A stretch of 64,000 bases of DNA from Verrucomicrobiota bacterium (GTDB taxonomy: Bacteria > Verrucomicrobiota > Verrucomicrobiia > Limisphaerales > UBA9464). The position numbers and the translations under genes were made by a program. The notes below the pieces were generated by a model that saw nothing but the letters and a program-made list of their open reading frames with translations, was not told the DNA's origin and did no database searches. Shown here piece after piece: positions 48,353 to 58,172 of the stretch (position 1 is its first letter; every line of letters begins with the position of its first letter). The stretch lies in assembly GCA_016871805.1 (NCBI GenBank), contig VHCG01000014.1:1205-65204 (forward strand), given 5' to 3'.

Positions 48353-50272
48353 ATGAGCATGCCCACATTCGCCGAGCTGGAGATCCCGGCCGACCTGCAG
48401 AAGAGCCTCGAACGTCTTGGCATCGAGGAACCCTCCCCGGTGCAGACGGCGGTCCTCCTCGCCCTCAACGCCCGTCGAAGCGCCGTGATCGCGGCACCGG
48501 CCCGTTCCGGTCGCGCCACCGGCCTGGCCATCGCGGCGGCCCGCCACGCGGCAGCCTCCTCGTCGGATGGCGTCCGTGCCGTCGTGCTCGCCGGCACGCG
48601 GACCCGCGCCCTTCACCTGGCATCGCTGTCAGCATTGCTCGGGAGTGGCAAGAAGAGTCCGACCGTGGCCTGCCTGGTCGCCGGACAGAACCCTGCCCGC
48701 CGGGAAGAATCCCTCCAGAAGTCCCCAACGATCCTCGTGGCCACCCCGGGAGCCCTGCGTGGGGAGCTGGTGTCTGGACGGGTCACCCTTGCCCCAGATG
48801 GCATCCTTCTGATCGACCGTGCCGACGAACAGCTCGACATCGGACTCGAGGAGGACGTGGAGGCCATCGTGGCCTCGTCGTCCACCGGCAGGACCGTTGT
48901 GGCGCTCGCCACCCAGATCACCCGGGACCTCGAGACGCTCACCGCCCGCAGAATGCTAGAGGCGGACCGGCTCGTCTCGGAACCGGTTCCTCCTCCCGGC
49001 AACCTCACCTGGTTCGGGGTCGAGCCGGGCGAGAAAGCCGAGGCCGTCTCCCTGATCCTCGACCGGCAGCCGCTGACGAGGGCCATGGTCATCGTCGGCA
49101 CCCCGGTCGAGGCCGAGACCGTCGCCAACGCCCTCGCGATCGCCGGCTATCCGGCCGAGGCGGTCACCAGCGATGCCACTGCCGCCGCCCGGGAACGGAT
49201 CTCCAAGCGATTCCGCCAAGGGACCCTCACCGTGGTCGTCGGCACCCTCAGGTCGCTCGTCGGCGCGGAGCTCGAGCCCGGGGATGCATTGATCCACTGG
49301 GGCTGGCCTCTCGACGACAACGCGTTCGCCGAGGCCCAGGCCCTCTGCCGTACGGGCGGCCCCATATTCGCGCTCGCCGCGGGTCGGGAACAGGTCCGGG
49401 CCCGATCCGTCTCCCGACGCGGATCCCCCGTCCGCTTCGGTCGGATCCCCCTCCTGGGTGAGCCCTCCGAGCTGAGACACCAGGCCAATGTGGGCCGGAT
49501 CCGCGAGGCCCTTGCGGATCGCAACCCGGCTGCCTGCCGGTCGGTCGTCGACCAGCTCGTCTCCGAAGGATTCGATCCCATGGTCATCGCCGGTGCGGCC
49601 GTCCGTCTGCTGGGCGTGCCAGAACTGCCCACCTTTCCCCCGCCCCCTCCGCCGACGCTGCCGACTCAGCCCCCCCCTGTGGCCCCGCCCGCGCCCAGCC
49701 GCACGGCGGAACCCGTCGAGCCCGCAGCGGACAACTCCGCAGCCCAGGAACCCGCCGCCTCCTCGGACCCCGCGGTCGAACCGGCGGATTGGTCCCCGGG
49801 CGTCGGGGTGCCGACCATGGACGAGTCCGGGACCTATTCGGAAGGGAGCGAGGGTGGCTATGCCTATTCCGACAACGCGGCGGAGGACGGCGTGGTGTAT
49901 CCCCCCGAAGCCAACTTCAACGATGACGACTCCGGCGGAGGTGGATCCGGTGACCCACGGACTGGACGCAGACCTCGCGGCGGGGGACGGAACCGTGGGG
50001 GCGGACGGGGCGGCGAAGGCGGTCCTGCCAGTGCTGGCATGAAGCGCCTCTGGCTGAACATCGGCAGGATGGACCGCATCCAGCCCCGTGACATCGTGGG
50101 ATGCATCCTCGGCGAGACTGGACTGCCTGCCGCAACCATCGGACGCGTCCAGCTGTTCGAGCGCCATAGCCTCGTCGACATCTCGGCCACCTTCGAGAGC
50201 CAGATCCTCGAGTCGCTCAACCAGGCAGCCGTCAAGGGACGCAAGCTCAAGGCGAAGATCGCGTCCTACTGA
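48353..50272 (+). CDS. DEAD-box helicase-like protein with degenerate catalytic motifs, an RGG-rich linker and a DbpA-type C-terminal RNA-binding domain
   Basis: An RBS (AGGAGA) precedes the ATG. Q-motif-like FAELEIP...LGIEEPSPVQ is retained. The positions of motifs I, II and III read ARSGRAT, DRAD and LAT. The C-terminus is MKRLWLNIGRMDRIQPRDIVGCILGETGLPAATIGRVQLFERHSLVDI. Confidence 0.7.
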   Translation: MSMPTFAELEIPADLQKSLERLGIEEPSPVQTAVLLALNARRSAVIAAPARSGRATGLAIAAARHAAASSSDGVRAVVLAGTRTRALHLASLSALLGSGKKSPTVACLVAGQNPARREESLQKSPTILVATPGALRGELVSGRVTLAPDGILLIDRADEQLDIGLEEDVEAIVASSSTGRTVVALATQITRDLETLTARRMLEADRLVSEPVPPPGNLTWFGVEPGEKAEAVSLILDRQPLTRAMVIVGTPVEAETVANALAIAGYPAEAVTSDATAAARERISKRFRQGTLTVVVGTLRSLVGAELEPGDALIHWGWPLDDNAFAEAQALCRTGGPIFALAAGREQVRARSVSRRGSPVRFGRIPLLGEPSELRHQANVGRIREALADRNPAACRSVVDQLVSEGFDPMVIAGAAVRLLGVPELPTFPPPPPPTLPTQPPPVAPPAPSRTAEPVEPAADNSAAQEPAASSDPAVEPADWSPGVGVPTMDESGTYSEGSEGGYAYSDNAAEDGVVYPPEANFNDDDSGGGGSGDPRTGRRPRGGGRNRGGGRGGEGGPASAGMKRLWLNIGRMDRIQPRDIVGCILGETGLPAATIGRVQLFERHSLVDISATFESQILESLNQAAVKGRKLKAKIASY

Positions 50273-50328
50273 GCCTTGGGTCGGCCCCAGGTTGGCAGAT
50301 TCTTACTCGGCAACGGACCTGCGGTCTG

Positions 50329-53283
50329 TCAGGCCATCAAACGCTTTTGTCCCGATCCGGCCTTCAGACGCAGGGTCAGGATCGCCGGCAGCACGGTCAG
50401 ACCCGCGACCATGCAGGTGGTCGTGCCCAGGGCCATGACCACACCCAGGCTCCGGATTCCCTGGTGCCCGGCGAGCACAAGGCTCCCGAACCCGACGATA
50501 GTGGTCAGGGCGGATACGAACACGGCCTTGCCCGTGCTCTTTGCCAGAATGGATGGGTTCCTCTCCTCAGCGAACCGGTTGAGGATGTGGATGCCATTCG
50601 TGATGCCGATGCCGATCACAAGGGGCAGCATCATGATGTTGGCGGGATTGAATGGCAGGCCACACCAGCCCATCAACCCGGCAACCCAGAGGGTCCCGAG
50701 ACCCACGGGAAGCAGCGACAACAGCACGCCGGACACGGAGCGGAAGTGGTAGCCGACGAGGAGCATACAGGCGCCAAGCGCCCACCATGCGGCCTCGACA
50801 TAGGACTGTTTCAGGAGCTCCGTGTAGTAGTACATCTGGACCGGATCCCCAGTCGCCCCCGAATCCACCGTCTGCATCTCCTCGACGAAGATCCGCTGGG
50901 GTTCGCGATCCCAGACATTGGTCCGGGGATACACCTGCAGCAGCAGTTCACCACCGGCGCCCACGAACCGGTTCCGCAAAGGCCTCGGAAGGTCGTCCAC
51001 CTGGAGACCACCCTCGCCCCGCTGGATGCGCAGGGTCTCAACGGTGTCGCGGAGATCCGTAAGCAGGGCCCGCTGAAATCCTCCCAGCTTGGCCGCCCGC
51101 TGCTCCCGATCCATCGGGGATCCCCGGAACAGGTCCGCCCGGAAACTCCCGAGGGCCTCCCTAAGGGAAAGGATCTGGCTCAGGATGTTGGTCTCACCCC
51201 GGAGGCGGACCTCGTCGGCCGCGAGCCCCAGGTAGCCCTGGAGGCTCCAGAGCGTCTGGCTGAGGTCATGGAGATCCACCGGACCGGGATCGGCCGGGGC
51301 GAACCGGATGGGCTCGGTGGTCTGACGGACACTCTCGATCAGACGGACCTTCTCCGGGGATTCGTCCGACAGGAAGGAGGCCATCGATTCCACGGATCCC
51401 ACCGACGGCAGCTTTAGAAGCTTGGACTCGATGACCTTGGCCTGCTGGATGTTCGTGGCGATCACAGCACCGAAGACCACGGACTTGTCGGCCGACTCCA
51501 CCAGCTTATGTTCGAACTGCACCGACGCGAGCGACGGTGTCTGCATGTTGAGAAGGTTGTAGTCGAACCAAGCCCGCTGCAGCCCCACGCCACTGAAGAG
51601 GGTGACCGCGGAGGCGAGACCGATCACGGACCAGGGTCGCTCCAGCCAGACCCGCTCGATCCGGGCCCGGAGATCCGGCACATCGACGGAGGAGGACACC
51701 GCAGCGGGAGGGACTGCCGACACAGCGGCCCCGACTCCACCCCGGACGCGGGGCCGGGTCAGCAGCAGGGCGGGCAGCAGGGTGATCATCGGAACGAGGC
51801 AGATCACCAACCCACCACCACAGATGATCCCCATCTCACGGATGCCCCGGAAATCCGTCAGGGTCATCGCCGCGAAGGCACCGGCGGTCGTGAGACAGCC
51901 GGTGAAGATCCCTTTGCCCGTGTTCACCATGGCCAGCGTTATGGCCTCGTCCTGAGTCCGACCCATCCCCAGCTCCTCCTCGAAGCGCGTGATGAGGTGG
52001 ACACCGAAGTCGATGGCCAGCCCGATGAGCATCGGGACGAAGGTGACGGTCAGGATGTTGAGATAGCCGACGGTCAACGTCGTGAAGGCCATGGTGTAGG
52101 CGAGACCGAACACCAGGCATCCCGTGGCCAGAAGCGGCCGTTTGGCGTTCCTATATCCCACCACGAAGATGATCGCCACGAGGGTCAGTGACACGACGGT
52201 CGCCATCGTGGAGTCCTTCTCGCTCTGGATCATCTCGTCGTAGTCGAGGACGCCCATGCCAGTGACCCCGGCGTTGACCCCGCCCACCTCGGTGGAGACC
52301 TGGCCTACGAGCTGGCGGAACCGGAGGATGGCCTGCTCGGTGATACCCTCTTGGAGCACGCGCCGCCGTTTGTCGATGGCGGCTAGTGAATTGTTCCCCT
52401 GTCCCAACAGCGAACCCCAGAAGCCGGCCGGTGGACGGATCAATTCCTCGGGAAGCGGGGCCCGCGGCCGGGCCGTTGCGAGATAGATCCGTCCCCTCCC
52501 AAAGGTCACATACTTCTTCCCCTCCGCCTCGGCCTCACCCCCGGCAAAGAGCGCCTCAACCCCCGGGGACGGTGGACTGCCGGGCCGGGTCAGGCTCTCC
52601 TGTCCCCGACGGATGATCCGCTCCAGGGCGGGCAGTGCGTTGATCAGAGACTCGGTGTTCTGGTCGGCCTGCTGGGGCGCGGTCCGGATTAGGGTGTTGA
52701 TCCGGCCAAATAGGGAACTCAGGTTGGAGGCCCCGGCAAACTGCTTCAGGAACGGACGGTAGTCCTTCAGGACCTTCTCCAGTTCGACGAGGTTCGTCCC
52801 CGGTACAAACAGCAGGGCCTTCTTGCCGAGCAGGGGCAGATCCCCCTTACAGAAGACGTCCGTGAAGAGATTTGTCGGCGAGGCTGACGTGGACTCCAGA
52901 TCCAGACGTGACGCGAGGCGCTCGACGAACTGCCGGTTCTTCTCGGGATTCTCCGACTCGACCACCGCGACCAGATCGGGTTCGGACGGGAATGTCTGTC
53001 GGAGCCGGACGTAGTGCTGGTTGTAGGTGAGATCGGTGTCCAGGAGGGCGTTCCGATCCATCATGAAGTCCAGACTGGAGATTGTGTATCCGACGCAGAC
53101 GAGGAAGAGAAGGACCTGCGGCCAGATGAATCGGGAAGGCCGTTCGATCACTGCCTCGGCAAGGCGGCGCAGCTGGCGCTCGATCCGGGAGTCATGGCCA
53201 CCCATCGGCGCTGGGGCCACCGCACCCCCTTCCCGGCTGGCAAACGGTTGACCTCCGGAGGGCGGTGTCGAGGGGGTGTCCAC
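50329..53283 (-). CDS. MMPL/RND-superfamily transporter (HpnN-like, two 6-TM bundles)
   Basis: 984 aa with two blocks of TM helices separated by large periplasmic loops. Confidence 0.8.
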   Translation of the reverse strand: MDTPSTPPSGGQPFASREGGAVAPAPMGGHDSRIERQLRRLAEAVIERPSRFIWPQVLLFLVCVGYTISSLDFMMDRNALLDTDLTYNQHYVRLRQTFPSEPDLVAVVESENPEKNRQFVERLASRLDLESTSASPTNLFTDVFCKGDLPLLGKKALLFVPGTNLVELEKVLKDYRPFLKQFAGASNLSSLFGRINTLIRTAPQQADQNTESLINALPALERIIRRGQESLTRPGSPPSPGVEALFAGGEAEAEGKKYVTFGRGRIYLATARPRAPLPEELIRPPAGFWGSLLGQGNNSLAAIDKRRRVLQEGITEQAILRFRQLVGQVSTEVGGVNAGVTGMGVLDYDEMIQSEKDSTMATVVSLTLVAIIFVVGYRNAKRPLLATGCLVFGLAYTMAFTTLTVGYLNILTVTFVPMLIGLAIDFGVHLITRFEEELGMGRTQDEAITLAMVNTGKGIFTGCLTTAGAFAAMTLTDFRGIREMGIICGGGLVICLVPMITLLPALLLTRPRVRGGVGAAVSAVPPAAVSSSVDVPDLRARIERVWLERPWSVIGLASAVTLFSGVGLQRAWFDYNLLNMQTPSLASVQFEHKLVESADKSVVFGAVIATNIQQAKVIESKLLKLPSVGSVESMASFLSDESPEKVRLIESVRQTTEPIRFAPADPGPVDLHDLSQTLWSLQGYLGLAADEVRLRGETNILSQILSLREALGSFRADLFRGSPMDREQRAAKLGGFQRALLTDLRDTVETLRIQRGEGGLQVDDLPRPLRNRFVGAGGELLLQVYPRTNVWDREPQRIFVEEMQTVDSGATGDPVQMYYYTELLKQSYVEAAWWALGACMLLVGYHFRSVSGVLLSLLPVGLGTLWVAGLMGWCGLPFNPANIMMLPLVIGIGITNGIHILNRFAEERNPSILAKSTGKAVFVSALTTIVGFGSLVLAGHQGIRSLGVVMALGTTTCMVAGLTVLPAILTLRLKAGSGQKRLMA

Positions 53284-53329
53284 GATGTCTGGGCCTTATC
53301 GCTGGGCCTGAATCGCCGGGCCCGAAACC

Positions 53330-56300
53330 CTAGCGGCCGCAGCAACCCTTGTACTTCTTCCCACTGCCGCACGGGCAGGGATCGTTGCGTCCCACCCGCG
53401 GTAGCGACTTCATCGGCTTCGCCTTCGCGAGGGCCTCGTTGGCCTCGGACACCACAGCGCCCGCGTTCTCCGGGACGTTGCCGAAGGCGGGAGCCGTTGG
53501 ATGGGAGGTGATCTGGGGGAGGTTGTGCAGGAACTGCTCGAAGGCGAACAGGCTTGTGGCACTGCGGAAGATGTTGTGGCAGACCTCCGTCTTGATGCTG
53601 ACCATCAGCTCGTCGAAGAGCTTGAAGGCCTCGGCCTTGTACTCGATCAGCGGGTCCCGCTGGGCATAGGCACGGAGGCCGATAGAGCTCCGGAGGGAGT
53701 CCATCGAATACAGATGCTCCTGCCAGAGACGGTCGATCGCCGTCAGGATCGTGTACCGCTCGATGCTCGCCAACATCTCGGGCTTCTCGAGGCTCACCTT
53801 GAGCTCGTAGGCCTCGCGGACCGTGTGGCCGATATACTGCAGCAGGCCGAACTGGGCCTCGGAGAGTCCGTCGAACAGCGAGCCATTCACCGGCAGCTCC
53901 TTCCCGGACTTCGCCGCCTTGAGGAACTCCTCCTCCCTCAGGCCCAGGGGGAAGTTCATGTTCACCCAGTCGGACAACCCACGGATGTTCCACTCCGCCG
54001 GATCCGTGTCGCCGCCCGTGAACTCCTCCACCTTTAGGAGCAGAATCTCCTCCATGATGTCCATCAGCCGATCCCGGACGTCCATGGACTGGATCACCTC
54101 GTTGCGGAAGCCATAGATGATCTCCCGCTGTTTGTTCATCACGTCGTCGTACTCGAGGGTCCGTTTCCGCTGCTGGAAATGGTGTCCTTCGACCCGCTTC
54201 TGGGCCTGCTCGATGGAGCGATTCAGGAGCGGATGCTCCAGTTCCTGCCCCTCCTCGAGACCCATGCGCTCCATGATGCGCGTGATGCGGTCGGAGCCGA
54301 ACAACCGCATGAGATCGTCCTCGAGGGAGATGAAGAAATGGGAGGACCCTGGATCCCCCTGTCGGGAACAGCGACCCCGGAGCTGGCGGTCGATCCGGCG
54401 CGACTCATGCCGCTCGGTGCCAAGGACGTGCAGGCCCCCGAGCTCGGACACACCGGGCCCAAGTTTGATGTCGGTGCCACGTCCGGCCATATTGGTGGCG
54501 ATCGTCACGGCGCCCTTCTGACCTGCGCGCGACACGATCTCGGCCTCCTGCTCATGGTACTTGGCGTTGAGGACCGAGTGGACAATGCCCTCGCGCTTCA
54601 GTAGCCGGCTGAGCATCTCGGAGGTCTCGACGGAGATGGTGCCGACCAGGATCGGACGGCCCTGCCCATGCAGCTCCTTGATCTCCCGGGACACGGCCTC
54701 GAATTTCTCGCGGCGGGTCTTGTAGACCGAGTCGTTGCGATCCTTCCGGATGTTCTGGCGGTGCGTCGGGACGGTCATAACCCCAAGCTTGTAGATGTCG
54801 TGGAACTCCTGGGCCTCGGTCTCGGCGGTGCCGGTCATGCCGGCCAGCTTCAGGTAGAGGCGGAAGTAGTTCTGGATCGTGATCGTCGCGAGCGTCTGGG
54901 TCTCCCTCTCGATCGAGACGCCCTCCTTGGCTTCGACGGCCTGGTGGAGTCCGTCCGACCACCGGCGACCCGACATCAGACGGCCGGTGTGCTCGTCGAC
55001 GATGATGACCTTGTTGTCCTGGACCACGTACTGGACGTCGCGGTCATATAAGCAGTAGGCCTTCAGGAGCTGGGCGATGGCGTGGATGACCTGAGCACGC
55101 TCTTCGAACTCCTGCTGGAACTTGCCCTTCTTCTCGAGCCGGGCCTGGAGGGCAAGGTCCGGATCTGTGTCGATCTGGCTGTAGAGGGTCGGGAGGTCGG
55201 GGAGCATGAACCCGTCCGGATTGTCGGGAGACATGAACTCCCGGCCCTTCTCGGTGAGATCAGCCTCATGGGATTTCTCCTCGATCGCGAAGAACAGCTG
55301 CTCCTTTTCGGCGTAGAGCTGTTTCTTCGACTGGTCGGAGTGGAGTTCCGCCTCGTAGGACTGGACCAGCTTCTGGTTGGCGGGTTCCTCGAAGATCCGC
55401 AGGAGGCCCTCGAACCGGGGTTGGCCCAGCTTCACCTTGTGGAGGAGCGAGGCGATCTCGCGCTCAATCGAGGCGGCGTCCTTGACGTTGGACCCGTCTT
55501 CGGGCCGGAGCTTCTTGAGCAGCTCGCTAGCTTCCCGGAGATACCGGACGCAGAGGTCGCGCTGGGCCTGCACGAGACGCTCGATAGCCGGCTTCCACTC
55601 GACGTAGCGGTGCTCGACGGAGACGACCGCCGGACCACTGATGATCAGGGGCGTCCGAGCCTCGTCGATCAGGATGGAGTCCACCTCGTCGATGATCGCG
55701 AAGTAGTGCCCCCGCTGGACCTGCTCCTCGCGGGTGCTGGCCATGCCGTTGTCACGGAGGTAGTCGAATCCGAACTCGGAATTCGTGCCGTAGGTGATGT
55801 CGCATCCGTACATCTCCCGGCGGACCGCAGGTGGCTGGCTGTTCATGATGCAGCCGACGGTGAGGCCCAGGAACCGGTAGACCGCACCCATCCACTCGGA
55901 ATCGCGCGCGGCAAGGTAGTCGTTGACTGTGACCACGTGGACGCCGCGTCCCGTGAGGGCGTTGAGGTAGACCGGCAAGGTGGCGACCAGGGTTTTTCCC
56001 TCACCGGTGGCCATCTCGGAGATGTAGCCTCGGTGCAGGGCCATGCCACCGATGAGCTGGACGTCAAAGGGCACCATCTCCCAGCGGATCGGGTGGCCAC
56101 GGACCTCGATGTCCTGGCCACAGAGCCGACGGCAGGCGTTCTTCACCACGGCGAAGGCCTCGGGAAGGATGGCTTCCAACTCCCGCTTAAGCTCCTCGTT
56201 GTCGGTGATCCCGGAGAGCTTCGCCTTCCAGTCGGAGGTTTTCTGCCGCAGCGCTTCCTCGGGCTGGGATTGGAGCTGCTGCTCCAATTCGTTGATGCGG

Positions 56301-56377
56301 CCCACGATAGGCCGGAGCTTGCGGACCTCCCGCTCATTGCGGGAACCGAGGATCTTGCGGAACAGATAGCCGAGCAT
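53330..56377 (-). CDS. secA: Preprotein translocase ATPase SecA
   Basis: MLGYLFRKILGSRNEREVRKL...EMATGEGKTLVATLP... and the C-terminal zinc motif DPCPCGSGKKYKGCCG. Confidence 0.97.
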   Translation of the reverse strand: MLGYLFRKILGSRNEREVRKLRPIVGRINELEQQLQSQPEEALRQKTSDWKAKLSGITDNEELKRELEAILPEAFAVVKNACRRLCGQDIEVRGHPIRWEMVPFDVQLIGGMALHRGYISEMATGEGKTLVATLPVYLNALTGRGVHVVTVNDYLAARDSEWMGAVYRFLGLTVGCIMNSQPPAVRREMYGCDITYGTNSEFGFDYLRDNGMASTREEQVQRGHYFAIIDEVDSILIDEARTPLIISGPAVVSVEHRYVEWKPAIERLVQAQRDLCVRYLREASELLKKLRPEDGSNVKDAASIEREIASLLHKVKLGQPRFEGLLRIFEEPANQKLVQSYEAELHSDQSKKQLYAEKEQLFFAIEEKSHEADLTEKGREFMSPDNPDGFMLPDLPTLYSQIDTDPDLALQARLEKKGKFQQEFEERAQVIHAIAQLLKAYCLYDRDVQYVVQDNKVIIVDEHTGRLMSGRRWSDGLHQAVEAKEGVSIERETQTLATITIQNYFRLYLKLAGMTGTAETEAQEFHDIYKLGVMTVPTHRQNIRKDRNDSVYKTRREKFEAVSREIKELHGQGRPILVGTISVETSEMLSRLLKREGIVHSVLNAKYHEQEAEIVSRAGQKGAVTIATNMAGRGTDIKLGPGVSELGGLHVLGTERHESRRIDRQLRGRCSRQGDPGSSHFFISLEDDLMRLFGSDRITRIMERMGLEEGQELEHPLLNRSIEQAQKRVEGHHFQQRKRTLEYDDVMNKQREIIYGFRNEVIQSMDVRDRLMDIMEEILLLKVEEFTGGDTDPAEWNIRGLSDWVNMNFPLGLREEEFLKAAKSGKELPVNGSLFDGLSEAQFGLLQYIGHTVREAYELKVSLEKPEMLASIERYTILTAIDRLWQEHLYSMDSLRSSIGLRAYAQRDPLIEYKAEAFKLFDELMVSIKTEVCHNIFRSATSLFAFEQFLHNLPQITSHPTAPAFGNVPENAGAVVSEANEALAKAKPMKSLPRVGRNDPCPCGSGKKYKGCCGR

Positions 56378-56478
56378 GACAGACCGTCTGGGACGGACCC
56401 GAGAGGTTACGAGGGGGCCGGACCGAGGTCAAAGACAGAAGCCATTCCAAAACGGTGCTTGCCGTGGCAACCAGACCA

Positions 56479-57483
56479 CTATTCCGCCGTTTCGGAAGCC
56501 GCCTTCCGATCCGCCCGGTCCCACCACTTGGCGATGAGAACGCTGATCTCATAGAGGATGTGCAGCGGGATGAACATCAGCAGCATCGTCATTGGGTTGC
56601 CGTCGGGTGTGATAAAGGCTGACACCACGAGTCCAACGACCACCCAGTACATCCGGAGGCCGGCCAAACGCTCGGCGTCCAGAATACCAATCTTCACGAG
56701 GGTCAGGAGGACCAGGGGCAACTCGAAGGCCACCCCCATACCGATCATGAACCAGCAGACAAAACTGATGTATTCCGAGGCCCTCCACTCGTCGGCCCCG
56801 AATCCCAGCCAGTTCGAGAAGGTCACGGTCGAACTCAGGGCTACCACGGTTACGATGAAGTAGCAGAAGGCCACCCCCATAAAGAACAGGAGGGTTCCGA
56901 AGCCAGCGATCCGGTACACAAGGCGCTTCTCATGGACATGGAGGGCCGGGAGGATGAACTGCCCCAGGAAGAACAGGACAAACGGGGCCGCGATGGCTGC
57001 GCCCCCGTAGAGGGCAATCTTGACCGCCACCACGAACGGCTCGGTCGGCCCGAGGGTCTTGAGCCCCACCTGGATCCCATACTTCGCCACCTCGGGTGGA
57101 TTGGGGTCGGGAACCATGCCCAGCACCATGTTGGTGCCGACCGGGATGGGCGCGACCTTCAAGTAGAGATCCTGGTTGGTCGAGGTTCCCAGGACCGGAA
57201 AATCCTTGGCCAACATCCGTGACAAGACATTCGTGCCCATCGTGATGACAACCCGGGGCTGATCCGTCACCCGGACCCGTTGGGCCAACACCAGTGGCCA
57301 CTCCAGGAACTTCACGATGTAGGGGCTGCCACTGAGGCTGACGAGGATGCCCAGGGCCACCGCGATGGCGCACTTCACGAAGGTCCAACGGAGATCCTCG
57401 AGGTGCTCGAGGAAGCTCTTGACCGGACCACCCCCCTCTTCGTCTTCGTGCTCCGGGGGCAGCACCTCGAAATCGTCGGCCAT
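56479..57483 (-). CDS. tatC: Twin-arginine translocase subunit TatC (long form)
   Basis: SFLEHLEDLRWTFVKCAIAVALG... with six TM helices. An insertion in the first periplasmic loop is likely. Confidence 0.9.
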   Translation of the reverse strand: MADDFEVLPPEHEDEEGGGPVKSFLEHLEDLRWTFVKCAIAVALGILVSLSGSPYIVKFLEWPLVLAQRVRVTDQPRVVITMGTNVLSRMLAKDFPVLGTSTNQDLYLKVAPIPVGTNMVLGMVPDPNPPEVAKYGIQVGLKTLGPTEPFVVAVKIALYGGAAIAAPFVLFFLGQFILPALHVHEKRLVYRIAGFGTLLFFMGVAFCYFIVTVVALSSTVTFSNWLGFGADEWRASEYISFVCWFMIGMGVAFELPLVLLTLVKIGILDAERLAGLRMYWVVVGLVVSAFITPDGNPMTMLLMFIPLHILYEISVLIAKWWDRADRKAASETAE

Positions 57484-57509
57484 GCCAAGTCTCCGGGATC
57501 GGCCCCCGG

Positions 57510-57785
57510 TCAGGCTTTGGGCGAGAGGTCCGTCCGCTGGGACGACTGTGAGAGGGATTCCTGCGGAGACTTCGGCGTCGGGGCGGGCGGCGTGCGCTCC
57601 ACCTCATCCATGGCCCGATGCAGCTCCTCCTGGACATCGCGCGAGGCCTTCTTGAACTCTTTGATGCCGGTGCCGACGCCCTTCATCAGCTCCGGCACCT
57701 TCTTTGCGCCGAACAGGATCAGGACGACCACGGCGATCACAATGATCTCCGTGGAGCCAATCATGCCGAGGGGGAGGGAATTCAT
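57510..57785 (-). CDS. tatA: Twin-arginine translocase subunit TatA/E (copy 1)
   Basis: [47 protein letters not shown]. Confidence 0.9.
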   Translation of the reverse strand: MNSLPLGMIGSTEIIVIAVVVLILFGAKKVPELMKGVGTGIKEFKKASRDVQEELHRAMDEVERTPPAPTPKSPQESLSQSSQRTDLSPKA

Positions 57786-57813
57786 CGGATCCAGTTCCAT
57801 GCCAGGGATCCCA

Positions 57814-58014
57814 TCAGGCCGATTTCGGTCCGGAGCCGCCCGGAGGGTCCGACAGATCGTTCGTGACCTCCTTGGAGGCCTTCTTGAACTCCTTGATGCC
57901 TGTGCCGACGCCCTTCATCAGCTCCGGGATCTTCCGCGCGCCGAACATGAGGACCACAATCCCAAGGATGATGAAAATCTCCGTCGTCCCGAGGAACGCG
58001 ATGGGCAAGGGCAT
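57814..58014 (-). CDS. tatA: Twin-arginine translocase subunit TatA/E (copy 2)
   Basis: [46 protein letters not shown]. Confidence 0.9.
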   Translation of the reverse strand: MPLPIAFLGTTEIFIILGIVVLMFGARKIPELMKGVGTGIKEFKKASKEVTNDLSDPPGGSGPKSA

Positions 58015-58110
58015 GGATATGACACTCACACGGACATGGTAGGATCGCTGCCTCCGACGGTAAAGGGGCAAAAACGGCGCGCCAGGGTGCGGGCCTCCAT
58101 GGGCGGACGC

Positions 58111-58138
58111 AGAAAGGCCGGGGCCGAAGGCCCGGCCC
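58111..58138 (-). terminator. Rho-independent terminator after the 1145-aa gene
   Basis: The minus strand reads GGCCGGG-CCTTCGGC-CCCGGCC followed by TTTCT. Confidence 0.6.
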
Positions 58139-58172
58139 TGATGGAGCGCCCAGGACCGGATCCAACTTCGGT

